Shown here: piece after piece, positions 47,509 through 56,702 of the stretch
Layout: each line of letters starts with the position of its first letter
How positions within the stretch are numbered: position 1 is the stretch's first letter
Source of the DNA: an uncultured Holophagales bacterium
Lineage (GTDB): Bacteria > Acidobacteriota > Thermoanaerobaculia > Multivoradales > UBA5704
NCBI GenBank assembly: GCA_963842525.1
Contig: CAWJGT010000004.1
Coordinates: 206,082-270,081 of the forward strand
Direction of reading: 5' to 3'
DNA length: 64,000 nt
Translations under genes and position numbers: made by a program
The notes under the pieces: model-generated
The model's input: only the letters and a program-made list of their open reading frames with translations
Database searches by the model: none
What the model was told of the DNA's origin: nothing

Positions 47509-48921
47509 TCAAGGTCGGCGACGCGCCGGTCCCCTGGGCACCAGCCGCCAGACGAACGCATCGCTCTTGCCCGCCGCCTTGACGGGCTCGGCCCCGGTCT
47601 CCGGCAGCGCGTCCGTCTGCCCCTTGAAGGCGCCGGCGACATAGGGCGTCTCGTCGGCCCCGAGCGCGACGGCCAGCGCCTCGAGGCCGTCCGACGCGCT
47701 CAGGCGGAGACTCCAGATCTCCTGTCCCTGCGGCGAGTACTCGACGGCGAAGGCGAAATCGTCCCTGCCGCCGAGATGGCCGGTGGCCACCACGGTCCCT
47801 TCCCGGTTGCCCGCCACCGCAACCCCCTGGTCGGACCCATTGCCTCCGAGCTGCTGGGCCCAGGCGAGGCGTCCTGTGCCCTCGAGCCGCATCACGAACG
47901 CGTCGCCCCCTCCCGCGGCGGCCCGGGAGAAGGAGCCCGGCCCGGAGTCGAAGTCGACCGTGCCCGCGAACCGGCCGGTCAGCGCGAGGCCGCCCGAGCC
48001 CGCGGCGGAAGCCGACCCGAGAGATTCCTCCTGCGGGCCTCCGATCCGGCCGGAGGAGACGAGCGTGCCGGCGGCGTCGAGCCGCAGCACGAAGATGTCC
48101 GACTTCCCCGCGCTCTGCAGCGCGAGGCTGCCTCCGCCAGGGCCGATCCCTGCTGTCTCCTCGAAGTTGCCGGCCACCCAGACCTCGCCGTTGCGGCCGG
48201 CCGCGACCCCGCGCGCGTCGTCGTCCTTGAACCCGCCGATCCGCCGTGCCCAGGTGAGCGCGCCGGCGGCATCGAAACGGGCGAGGAAGGCGTCGGTCTT
48301 CCCGGCGCTGTCGAACAGCTCCGTCGAGCCCTGGAAGGACCCCGCCACCCATGTCTCACCCTGGGATCCGGCGGCCACCCGCATTCCGGCGTCGCCGAGC
48401 TTCCCTCCCAGGCGGCGGGCCCAGGCGAGGTCCCCGTCCGGCGTCAGGCGGAGGAGGAAGGCGTCGGAGCTGCCGGCGCTCGTGAGCTCGGTGCGGCCCG
48501 GGCCCGGGTCGAAGTCCACCGTCCCGAAGAAGGCCCCGGTGGCCACGACGCTCCCCGTGCTGTCGACCGCGATGGCGCGCCCCTCGTCCGCACCGGGCCC
48601 GCCGAAGGCCCGCGCCCAGAGGACCTGCCCCTGGCGGTCGAGCTTCGCCACGAAGACGTCCGTCAGCCCGGACCCCGCCAGGGGGATCGTGCCGAAGGCG
48701 GTGCTCCCCTGGAAGTGGCCGGTCACATAGGAGCTGCCCTGGCCGTCCACCGCGATCCCCAGGGCAGTCTCACGATCGGGGCCGCCGAGCGCGCGCGGCC
48801 AGGCGCTCACGGGACCGCCGGCGGTATCTGCAGCAGACAGCGAGGCAGACCCCGCGAGATGCAGGCCGAGGAGCAGGACGATCCCGCCAGTGGTCCATTT
48901 TCTGCTTGAAGCTGCGGGCAT
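47509..48921 (-). CDS. Secreted SBBP-repeat beta-propeller protein
   Basis: Repeated IAVD..G..YVTG.F.G / D.FV.KLD..G..LWA motifs; signal peptide. Confidence 0.88.
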   Translation of the reverse strand: MPAASSRKWTTGGIVLLLGLHLAGSASLSAADTAGGPVSAWPRALGGPDRETALGIAVDGQGSSYVTGHFQGSTAFGTIPLAGSGLTDVFVAKLDRQGQVLWARAFGGPGADEGRAIAVDSTGSVVATGAFFGTVDFDPGPGRTELTSAGSSDAFLLRLTPDGDLAWARRLGGKLGDAGMRVAAGSQGETWVAGSFQGSTELFDSAGKTDAFLARFDAAGALTWARRIGGFKDDDARGVAAGRNGEVWVAGNFEETAGIGPGGGSLALQSAGKSDIFVLRLDAAGTLVSSGRIGGPQEESLGSASAAGSGGLALTGRFAGTVDFDSGPGSFSRAAAGGGDAFVMRLEGTGRLAWAQQLGGNGSDQGVAVAGNREGTVVATGHLGGRDDFAFAVEYSPQGQEIWSLRLSASDGLEALAVALGADETPYVAGAFKGQTDALPETGAEPVKAAGKSDAFVWRLVPRGPARRRP

Positions 48922-49088
48922 CGGTGGCCTCCGGCTGCTGGTTTCTGTACAGAAACTCTAGCAGAGGCTCCCCCGGGGACGCCGGATCGGAATTCCACGA
49001 ACGGCTCTGGGCGGCCTTCGCCTTGACACCCTCCCGCCTCCCAGGTATACAGAGCCCGGCCGTTCAGCCGTAGAAGGGAAGGCAGCTC

Positions 49089-50018
49089 ATGAGGATGCCG
49101 CAGCCCCCCCGGTTGTGGGTTCGTGCCCTTCAACGGATCGCTCCGGACGCTGCGCCCTGTCCGATGCCTTTCGTGGTCGGAGTGGCCCGTTCGGGGACGA
49201 CGCTGCTCCGGTTGATGCTCGATGCGCATCCGGACCTGGCGATCCCTCATGAAACCCATTTCATCCCGGCGGCCATCGCCCTCGAGGCCTCCGGGTCCGC
49301 CAGCCGCGAGGCCTTCCAGGAGCTGCTCACCACGTATCCGACCTGGAAGGATCTTGCGACGCCGGCGGCGGCGCTGTGGCAGGTTCTTCTGGACGTGGAG
49401 CCGTTTTCCGTCGCCGAAGGGCTGCGGTCGTTCTACCGGCTCTATGCCGGCCGGCGCGGCAAGCGCCGCTTTGGCGACAAGACGCCCCCGTACTGTCTGC
49501 ACCTGGCCGGCATCCGCCGCATCCTGCCGGAAGCGTGCGCCGTCCACATCGTCCGGGACGGCCGGGATGTGGCTCTCTCGCTGCGGCCGCTCTGGTTCGC
49601 GCCGGGCACAGACATGGCAAGCCTGGCCCGGCAATGGTCGAGCCAGATCGCCGAAGCGCGGCGGCAGGGCGAGATCGCGGGAGGGTACCTGGAGGTCCGC
49701 TTCGAGGAGCTGATCGCCGATCCGGAAGGGGAATTACAGCGGATCTGCCGCCACATCGAGCTTTCCTTCCACCGCGGGATGTTGCGGTATCACCGCCGGG
49801 CGCGTTCGCGCCTGGAGGAGGTCGAGAGCCGGTACGCGCCCGATGGCACGCTGATCATCAGCAAAGAAGAGCGGTTGCACCTGCACCGGCTCACCAGCGG
49901 ACCGCCCGAGCCCGCACGCACTGAGCGCTGGCGCCGCGAGATGACCCGGGACGAGCGGCGGGCCTATGAACGAATCGCCGGACCGCTGCTGGAAGAATTG
50001 GGGTATTCGACACGGTAG
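49089..50018 (+). CDS. Sulfotransferase (Sulfotransfer_3-like)
   Basis: FVVGVARSGTTLL (PAPS loop), GDKTP and HIVRDGRDVALS. Confidence 0.9.
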   Translation: MRMPQPPRLWVRALQRIAPDAAPCPMPFVVGVARSGTTLLRLMLDAHPDLAIPHETHFIPAAIALEASGSASREAFQELLTTYPTWKDLATPAAALWQVLLDVEPFSVAEGLRSFYRLYAGRRGKRRFGDKTPPYCLHLAGIRRILPEACAVHIVRDGRDVALSLRPLWFAPGTDMASLARQWSSQIAEARRQGEIAGGYLEVRFEELIADPEGELQRICRHIELSFHRGMLRYHRRARSRLEEVESRYAPDGTLIISKEERLHLHRLTSGPPEPARTERWRREMTRDERRAYERIAGPLLEELGYSTR

Positions 50019-50068
50019 AATCCGCTCGCGCACCCGGGAGATCCCCGGTTGCAGATAGACTGGCTCCC

Positions 50069-50860
50069 GTGATGGCTTCTCCGTCCGGTACCTCCTCCTC
50101 AGCGTTGATCGTCGCCCATCCCGGACATGAGCTGCGAGTCCACGGTTGGCTGGAGCGTGAGCGCCCGCTGGTCTGTGTTCTCACGGACGGATCGGGGCAC
50201 ACCGGGACCTCGCGGATGTCCTCGACCTCGGAGGTCCTCTGCCGCGCCGGCGCCCGGCCGGGGCCTGTCTTCGGACGCTTCGCCGACCGGGAGCTCTACG
50301 AGATCGTCCTGGAGGGGAAGATCGACATCCTGGTCGGGCTGGCCCGCGAGCTCGCCGAGGCCCTGATCGGACAGCGGATCGAGCAGGTGGCGGGAGACGC
50401 CATCGAGGGGTTCAACCCCTCCCACGACCTCTGCCGGGTGCTGACCGATGCCGCGGTGGCGATCGCCTCCCGCCGCACCGGCCGGCCGATCGAGAGCTAC
50501 GACTTCCTCCTGGAAGGGCCGCCCGACGGTTGTGCGGAAGGAGGCCAGCCCTGCGCCGTCCGGCTGGAGCTCGAGACGGAGGACCTGGAGCGCAAGCTTG
50601 CCGCGGCCCGTTCCTATCCCGAGCTGCGCGACGAGGTCGAGAGGACCTTCGCGCGGCACGGCGCCGATGCGTTCCGGGTCGAATGCCTGCGCCGCACCGA
50701 CCCCGCGGCGGACCTCGAGACCCTGGTGGCGGACCCGCCCTCCTACGAGCGCTACGGCGAGCGGCAGGTCGCCGCGGGGCATTACGACCGGGTCCTGCGT
50801 TTCCGCGAGCACTTCCTGCCGCTCGCCCGGACCCTGCGGCAGCTCGGGCGCACCGTATGA
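50069..50860 (+). CDS. PIG-L/LmbE-like deacetylase-fold protein
   Basis: LIVAHPGHE, VLTDGS, EGFNPSHD and ERKLAAARSY. Confidence 0.6.
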   Translation: MMASPSGTSSSALIVAHPGHELRVHGWLERERPLVCVLTDGSGHTGTSRMSSTSEVLCRAGARPGPVFGRFADRELYEIVLEGKIDILVGLARELAEALIGQRIEQVAGDAIEGFNPSHDLCRVLTDAAVAIASRRTGRPIESYDFLLEGPPDGCAEGGQPCAVRLELETEDLERKLAAARSYPELRDEVERTFARHGADAFRVECLRRTDPAADLETLVADPPSYERYGERQVAAGHYDRVLRFREHFLPLARTLRQLGRTV

Positions 50861-52129
50861 GCCGGCCGTTGCGGGTTCTCTTCACCAACATCACCCTCGC
50901 CTCGCGTACCGGCACGGAGCTCTACGTCAAAGAGGCCGCCCTCGGGCTGCTGCGGCGCGGGCACGCGCCGGTCGTCTACACCCCCGACCCGGGGGAGGTC
51001 GCCGAGGAGATCCGCGCCGCCGGCATCCCGGTCGTGTCCGACATCGACCGGTTCGCCGTCCGCCCGGACCTCATCCACGGCCACCACCACCAGCAGACCA
51101 TGGCGGCCCTGCTGCGCTTCCCGGGCGTGCCCGCTGTCTTCGTCGTCCACGACTGGGCGGCCTGGCACGACGCGCCGCCGGTCTTTCCGCGCATCCTCCG
51201 CTACGTGGCGGTGGACGGAACCAACCGCGATCGCCTGGTGGTGGAGAACAGCGTTCCGGAGGAGAAGGTCCGGGTCCTGCACAACTGGGTCGACCTCGAG
51301 CGTTTTCGGCCCCGCAGCCCCCTGCCCGAGCGTCCGCGGAAGGCCCTGGTCTTCAGCAACTACGCCAGCCGGGACACCCACCTGCCGGCAGTCGAGGAGG
51401 CCTGCCGCCGCGCCGGCCTGGAGCTGGACGTTTCCGGCTCCGGAGCCGGGAAGGCGCTGGCGGCGCCGGAGACGATGCTGGGGGAGCACGACCTGGTTTT
51501 CGCCAAAGCGCGCTGCGCGCTCGAAGCGCTCGCCGTGGGCACGGCCGTGGTCCTCTGCGACTACCGCGGGCTCGGTACCCTGGTCACCAGCGCCGGGCTG
51601 GACGAGCTCCGCTGGCTCAACTTCGGCCTCCGGACCCTGACACGGCCGCACAGTCCCGACCTCCTGCTCCAGGAGATCGGGCGCTACGACCCGCGCGACG
51701 CCGCCGAGGTCTCCCGCCGGGTCCGTGCGACGGCCGGCCTGGAGCCCGCCCTCGACGGCCTCGTCGGCCTCTACCGCGAGGTGATCGCCGAGGCGGAGCG
51801 GCTGGGACCACCCGATCCGGAAGCCGAATCCCGTGCCGTCGCCGCCTACCTTCACACCTGGTCCGGCTGGCAGCCCCACCTCCGTTCCCTGGTGGACGAC
51901 ATCGACGGGCAGCGGCAGAGGCTCGACCTTCGAGTGCGCGAGCTGGCGGCGGAAAGCGGACGGTTGCAGGACGAGAACCGGCAGCTTCAGGGAGCTCCGG
52001 GTGCAGCGGGACCACCTGGAGCACGACCTGCGCCAGGTGACGGGGACCGTGACCTGGCGTGCGCGGGAGGCGGTCCTCCGGCTGCCCGGCCTGCGGGCGG
52101 TCTGGCGGTGGCTGCGGGCTATCCCGTGA
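50857..52129 (+). CDS. GT4-like glycosyltransferase with a C-terminal coiled coil (frameshift near 51995)
   Basis: LRVLFTN...[21 protein letters not shown] and LEALAVG. The tail [15 protein letters not shown] lies in the adjacent frame. Confidence 0.8.
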
Positions 52130-52802
52130 ACTTGTAGCCCAGGCGGTGCACCGTGACGAGGTGCCGGGGGTCCGACGGGTTGTCCTCGATCTTCTTACGC
52201 AGCTTGGCGATGTGCATGTCCACCGTGCGGGTGAAGGGGATGGCGTTGTAGTCCCACACCGTGTCGAGGAGCTGCTCGCGGGTCACCACCTCGCCGCGGT
52301 GCTGGATGAAATAGGCGATGAGCTGGAACTCGCGAGGGGAGAGGTCGAGGAGCTCGCCTCCCTTGCGCGCCTCGTGGGCCTTGAAATCGATCGCCACGTC
52401 TCCGAAGCGGCAGGTCTCGACCGGCGCGGCCTGGCTCGAGCAGCGGCGCAGCACCGCTTCCACCCGGGCCATCAGCTCCATGAAGCCGAACGGCTTGGTG
52501 ACATAGTCGTCCGCGCCGAGCTTCAGGCCCAGGACCTTGTCGATCTCCTGGCCGCGAGCGGTCAGCATGATGATCGGCACCGCATTGCCGTCTCCCCTCA
52601 GCTTCTTGCAGATGTCCAACCCCGTGATCTTGGGAAGCATCACGTCGAGCAGGATCAGGTCGGGAGAGTCGGCGGCGGCGTGGCGCAGGCCAGCCTCGCC
52701 GTCGGTCGCCAGGGTCACCGCAAAACCTTCATATTGGAAGCCGTCGCGTAGCGCGACCGACATCGCCTCGTCATCTTCGACGATCAGGACCTTGCGCATC
52801 AT
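52119..52802 (-). CDS. OmpR/PhoB-family response regulator
   Basis: [23 protein letters not shown] and [15 protein letters not shown]. Confidence 0.95.
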   Translation of the reverse strand: MMRKVLIVEDDEAMSVALRDGFQYEGFAVTLATDGEAGLRHAAADSPDLILLDVMLPKITGLDICKKLRGDGNAVPIIMLTARGQEIDKVLGLKLGADDYVTKPFGFMELMARVEAVLRRCSSQAAPVETCRFGDVAIDFKAHEARKGGELLDLSPREFQLIAYFIQHRGEVVTREQLLDTVWDYNAIPFTRTVDMHIAKLRKKIEDNPSDPRHLVTVHRLGYKFTG

Positions 52803-54461
52803 TCAAGCCTCGGAAGGAGTCAGCACCCCGGGAGCCGGAGATTCCATTGGATCGATCGGCAGATAGACGGAGAACGTGCTTCCCTCGCCCGCGCGGCTCT
52901 CCACCGACACCCGGCCGCGGTGGGCCTGGACGATGTGCTGCACGATCGAGAGCCCGAGGCCGCTCCCCTTGACGTCGTGGACCAGCCCGGTGCTTACCCG
53001 GTGGAAGCGCTCGAAGATCTTCGCCTGGTCGTCCTTCGGGATGCCGATCCCCTGGTCGCGCACCCAGATCACCGCCCAGTTGCCCTCGCGCCGAAGCCCG
53101 ACGGCGATCTCCTTCGAGCCGTTCGAGTACTTGACCGCGTTGTCGAGCAGATTGCTGAGCGACTGGGCCACCGCCGCGGCGTCGAAATAGAGGCGGGGCA
53201 GCGGCACGCCGGGTCCTTCGAACCTGATGCAGAAGCCGTTCTGGCGCAAGCGGACGCCGAACGTCTTGAGCGTCTCGGAGATGACCTCCTCGAGGTCGGC
53301 CCGTTCGAAGCGGTAGCTCTTGCGGCCGGACTCGATGCTGGCGAAATCGAGGATGTTGTTGATGAGCTGCGTCAGACGGCGGCTCTCGGTCTCGATGTAG
53401 TCGCCGTACTCGCGCATCTTTTCCGGGCTCTCCACGCGGCCGAGGCGGAGGAACTCGCCGAAGACGCGGATCGAGGCCAGCGGCGTGCGCAGCTCGTGCG
53501 AGACGTTCGAGACGAACTCGTTCTTCATCTGCGACAGCTTCATCTGGCGCGAGGCGGTCTGGAACGACAGGACGAGGCCGCCGAGGAGCACGGCGGCGAG
53601 GACGGCCGAGAGCGCGATATTGAGCAGGAAATTGCGCCGCGCCACCACCGCGGCGGGCGCGCGGCTCGCGAGGCTGATCGTCCAGTCGGTGAACACCAGG
53701 GGAAAGGCCCTCTCGATCTCGATCGTCCCCTTCTTCTTGTCGAGCTTCTCGCTGCGGTAGACCGGCTGGCCATGGCTGTCGCGCACCGTCACGATCGGAC
53801 GCTGTGCCTCCCCGGCGAAGAACTTGGACAGCAGGTGATCGACCGACTCGGGCAGCAGCTCATGCTGGAAATACGCCTCGTCGAGAACCATCCCGGCGAC
53901 ACCGACGACCCGCCAGGAGTCGTCCGTGATCGGGTTCATCAGGATGCGGTAGTCGGGATGGCGCTCGTCCACGGCGAGCGTGGCGCGCTGGAGAGTCCCT
54001 CCCTTGAGAGCGAGCGAGCGCCAGGGGGACGTGGCCGTCCAGACCGCGAACACGTCCGGCGACCAGGCGGGAGGCTCGAACGTCTTGCAGGTCGAGTCGA
54101 AGTAGAGGGGATAGCCGATGTCCTCCTTCTTGTCGACGAAGCTCATCACGAACAGGTGCTTGGCGCCCTTGATCCCCTTCTTCTTGAAATGATGAGCCGC
54201 CTTTTCCCGCAGCCGGCCCTGAGTGAACCACACAGAGGGGAGATTGAGCGCGCGCTCGGCATTGCTGGTGTAGGCGGTCCGGATCTCTGTCGAGACCCCC
54301 TCGACGAAAGTGATCAGCGTCGCCTTGTGAACCTTGGCAGCCGTATGGTCCAGCTTGACCAGCCAGCGGTACTGGAGGGCGAGAAGGACCAGCAACGGCA
54401 CCAGGACGGCGAAGAAGCCGACCCAGAGCGTGTGGCGGCGGATGGAACGTGCGAGCCTCAT
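52803..54461 (-). CDS. Membrane sensor histidine kinase
   Basis: Two TM segments, SHELRTPL, NLLDNAVKY, DQGIGI and GSGLGL. Confidence 0.95.
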   Translation of the reverse strand: MRLARSIRRHTLWVGFFAVLVPLLVLLALQYRWLVKLDHTAAKVHKATLITFVEGVSTEIRTAYTSNAERALNLPSVWFTQGRLREKAAHHFKKKGIKGAKHLFVMSFVDKKEDIGYPLYFDSTCKTFEPPAWSPDVFAVWTATSPWRSLALKGGTLQRATLAVDERHPDYRILMNPITDDSWRVVGVAGMVLDEAYFQHELLPESVDHLLSKFFAGEAQRPIVTVRDSHGQPVYRSEKLDKKKGTIEIERAFPLVFTDWTISLASRAPAAVVARRNFLLNIALSAVLAAVLLGGLVLSFQTASRQMKLSQMKNEFVSNVSHELRTPLASIRVFGEFLRLGRVESPEKMREYGDYIETESRRLTQLINNILDFASIESGRKSYRFERADLEEVISETLKTFGVRLRQNGFCIRFEGPGVPLPRLYFDAAAVAQSLSNLLDNAVKYSNGSKEIAVGLRREGNWAVIWVRDQGIGIPKDDQAKIFERFHRVSTGLVHDVKGSGLGLSIVQHIVQAHRGRVSVESRAGEGSTFSVYLPIDPMESPAPGVLTPSEA

Positions 54462-54503
54462 GGCGGGGTCAATATAGAGCAGCCGCGGCCTGGCGGAGCG
54501 CCG

Positions 54504-54560
54504 TTTACAAACGATTTACACCCGTTGCGGGATTTTACCCCGTGTTGTAGGAGTTTTACA
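54504..54560. promoter_or_regulatory. TTTAC(A/C) direct repeats, OmpR/CpxR-type boxes in a divergent promoter
   Basis: TTTACA at 54504, 54515 and 54555; TTTACC at 54534. Confidence 0.5.
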
Positions 54561-54638
54561 GGGGATCTCTCTACTCTGAAGGTCGAACGGGACGCGGCAC
54601 TCCGCCGCGGGCTCCGGCCCCCGACCAGGAGGTCACCC

Positions 54639-55088
54639 ATGAAGAAGACAGTCTCCCTGCTCGCCCTCGCCCTGGTGCTCGCACTCGTCCCGGCGGTCTT
54701 CGCGGGAGGCGAGCAGTGCGCCCGTGACGCCAAGAAGGCCAAGCTGGCGGCGCACGGCTGGCTCGGCCTCGACATCGAAAAGACCGGGGACGGCGCCCAT
54801 GCCGTCAAGTCGGTCGCTCCCGGCAGCCCGGCGGCGCAGGCCGGCTTCCGCGCCGGCGACGTCCTGGTGGCCGTCAACGGCGTCTCCCTCCAGGACAAGG
54901 AAAGGGTCAAGGCGGCCAAGGCCAACCTCAAAGTGGGCAGCCAGTTGACCTACACCGTCGCCCGCAACGGCGCCCGGCAGCAGCTCACCGCCACCCTGGC
55001 CCCGGTCCCCGAGGCGGTTCTGGCCAAGTGGATGGCCGACGAAGAGAAGGCCGAGAAGGAAGCCGCCAAGGTCGCGAAGAACGACTGA
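54639..55088 (+). CDS. Secreted stand-alone PDZ-domain protein
   Basis: AGGAGG RBS, signal peptide, GWLGL and GSPAAQAGFRAGDVLVAVNG. Confidence 0.88.
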   Translation: MKKTVSLLALALVLALVPAVFAGGEQCARDAKKAKLAAHGWLGLDIEKTGDGAHAVKSVAPGSPAAQAGFRAGDVLVAVNGVSLQDKERVKAAKANLKVGSQLTYTVARNGARQQLTATLAPVPEAVLAKWMADEEKAEKEAAKVAKND

Positions 55089-55117
55089 ACGGCTCCGAGC
55101 AGAGCAGCCTCCCTCCT

Positions 55118-55162
55118 GCGCGGGGCCGGATCAACTCCCTCTCCCCGACCCCGCGCTTTTTT
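55118..55162 (+). terminator. Intrinsic terminator after the PDZ gene
   Basis: gcgcgggg...ccccgcgc stem followed by T6. Confidence 0.7.
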
Positions 55163-55196
55163 ATTACTTCATGGTACTTCATGGCAAAGCTTGAGA

Positions 55197-56688
55197 CTAA
55201 AACTGCCGCTCGTCCTTCAGCAACTCCCGATAGGTGGCGAGATCGTGCTCAAATGATCTCCGGACCCTATCCGCTTCCGACGTCTGATTGAGGACGCGAT
55301 GGATCTCGATGAGCTCGGAAGCCCAGCGCCCCTTCGCCATGCGATTCCTTTCTTGCTCAAGAGCGCGATAAAGCCCTTCTGTTGCCTGGCGGATGTTTCT
55401 CCTGGCCATCGCAGGAGAGCCGGAGCGCCGGAAGGCCCGCTGCTTTGCAACTCGCGAGACGCAGGCCTGCAACGGGGCAGCCAGAAGCCCGGGCTCCAGC
55501 TCCCTGAGCAGCGCATGGACCCGCCGGTGGGCCGCCCGGAGGTGGCCGGCTCCGCGGAGATACAGGTAGCGGCCGACCTCTGGATCGAGCAACCGCTCAA
55601 GGGTGGCAGGCTCGACGCCCCTGGGCCGCACGACTTCGATACGCAAGGAAGCGGCGGCAAGCCAGGCACGCGGGTCTTCGGTCGCGACGAAAGCCCGCAG
55701 AGAGTAGCTTCCAGGTCGGGGAATGACAAATCCGGCACGATCGTAGAAAACCCACTCCGTCCAGGTAATGAGCTCCCCCGGCCCGATCGCATGGGTAGCC
55801 AGAGAGCCTCCACAGGCGACCATGGGAGGGCAGATCCGGCGCTTGTTTCCTTGGCCGATCTCCTCGATCTCGAAAATCACGGTACCCGCCTCGATAGACG
55901 GAGCTGCGGGGATCCTCGACACCTCGGTGCCGCGGTTCTGGATCTCGATCGCGACCTCCAGGGGCTTTCCGAGGGGAAACCGATCCGGCTCCAGCCCGTC
56001 GGCGAGACGCAACCGGACTTCTGCCTCCGAGATGGGAGAGGGCGGGATGTCGGCTCCCTCGTCCTGGTTGGACCCACGGAAGCGGACGGAGGTCCCGGGT
56101 TTGCACTGCAGTGGATTGTCGCGGCGGAACTGGACATCGGGAGACGAGTAGTCGAACCGGATCTTCTGTCTCCAGTCGGGGTCGCGCACCAGACGCGCCG
56201 TCTGGGTCATGAGGCCGAGGTCCTGGGAGGAGCCGGGCGGATGGATGAGGTTGAGCAAGTGCCCGATCTCGTGTAGGGCCGTCCGGCTGCGCAGGAGGTC
56301 CGAAAGGCCCGGGTGTCCGGCGCCGAGGTTGTCGATGGCCTCTACGAAGATGGCGCAACCCTCTCTCTGGATGTCGTCGAAATCGAAGTCGAACATCAGT
56401 CCCAGGAACCCGTCCGGATGCGAGCGGGCGACGAGGAGGTGCAGGTACCAGGCGTCCTGTTCTCTCGCATCCGCTCGCAACTCGGCAGCTCCGCGCCGTG
56501 GTCATCAAACGGTGCAGATCCGCGCGCGAAGCGATCGGGCCGTCCTCATCGACCGGATCGGAGCCCAGGACGATCCTGGTCTCCAGATCGAGCTGAGAAA
56601 GAGCGGCCGCAAGCCTCTCCGTCCAGGAGAAATCGTCGCCGGCCTCCCTGAGGCGGTCGATCTCGACGAACAGGCGTTGCGCCGGCAT
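55197..56688 (-). CDS. Putative zincin metallopeptidase (HEIGH), frameshift near 56485
   Basis: TALHEIGHLLNLIH plus a GLM Met-turn-like motif. N-terminal part MPAQRLFVEIDRL... is in another frame. Confidence 0.65.
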
Positions 56689-56702
56689 GGCCCTGGTGCA
56701 CC

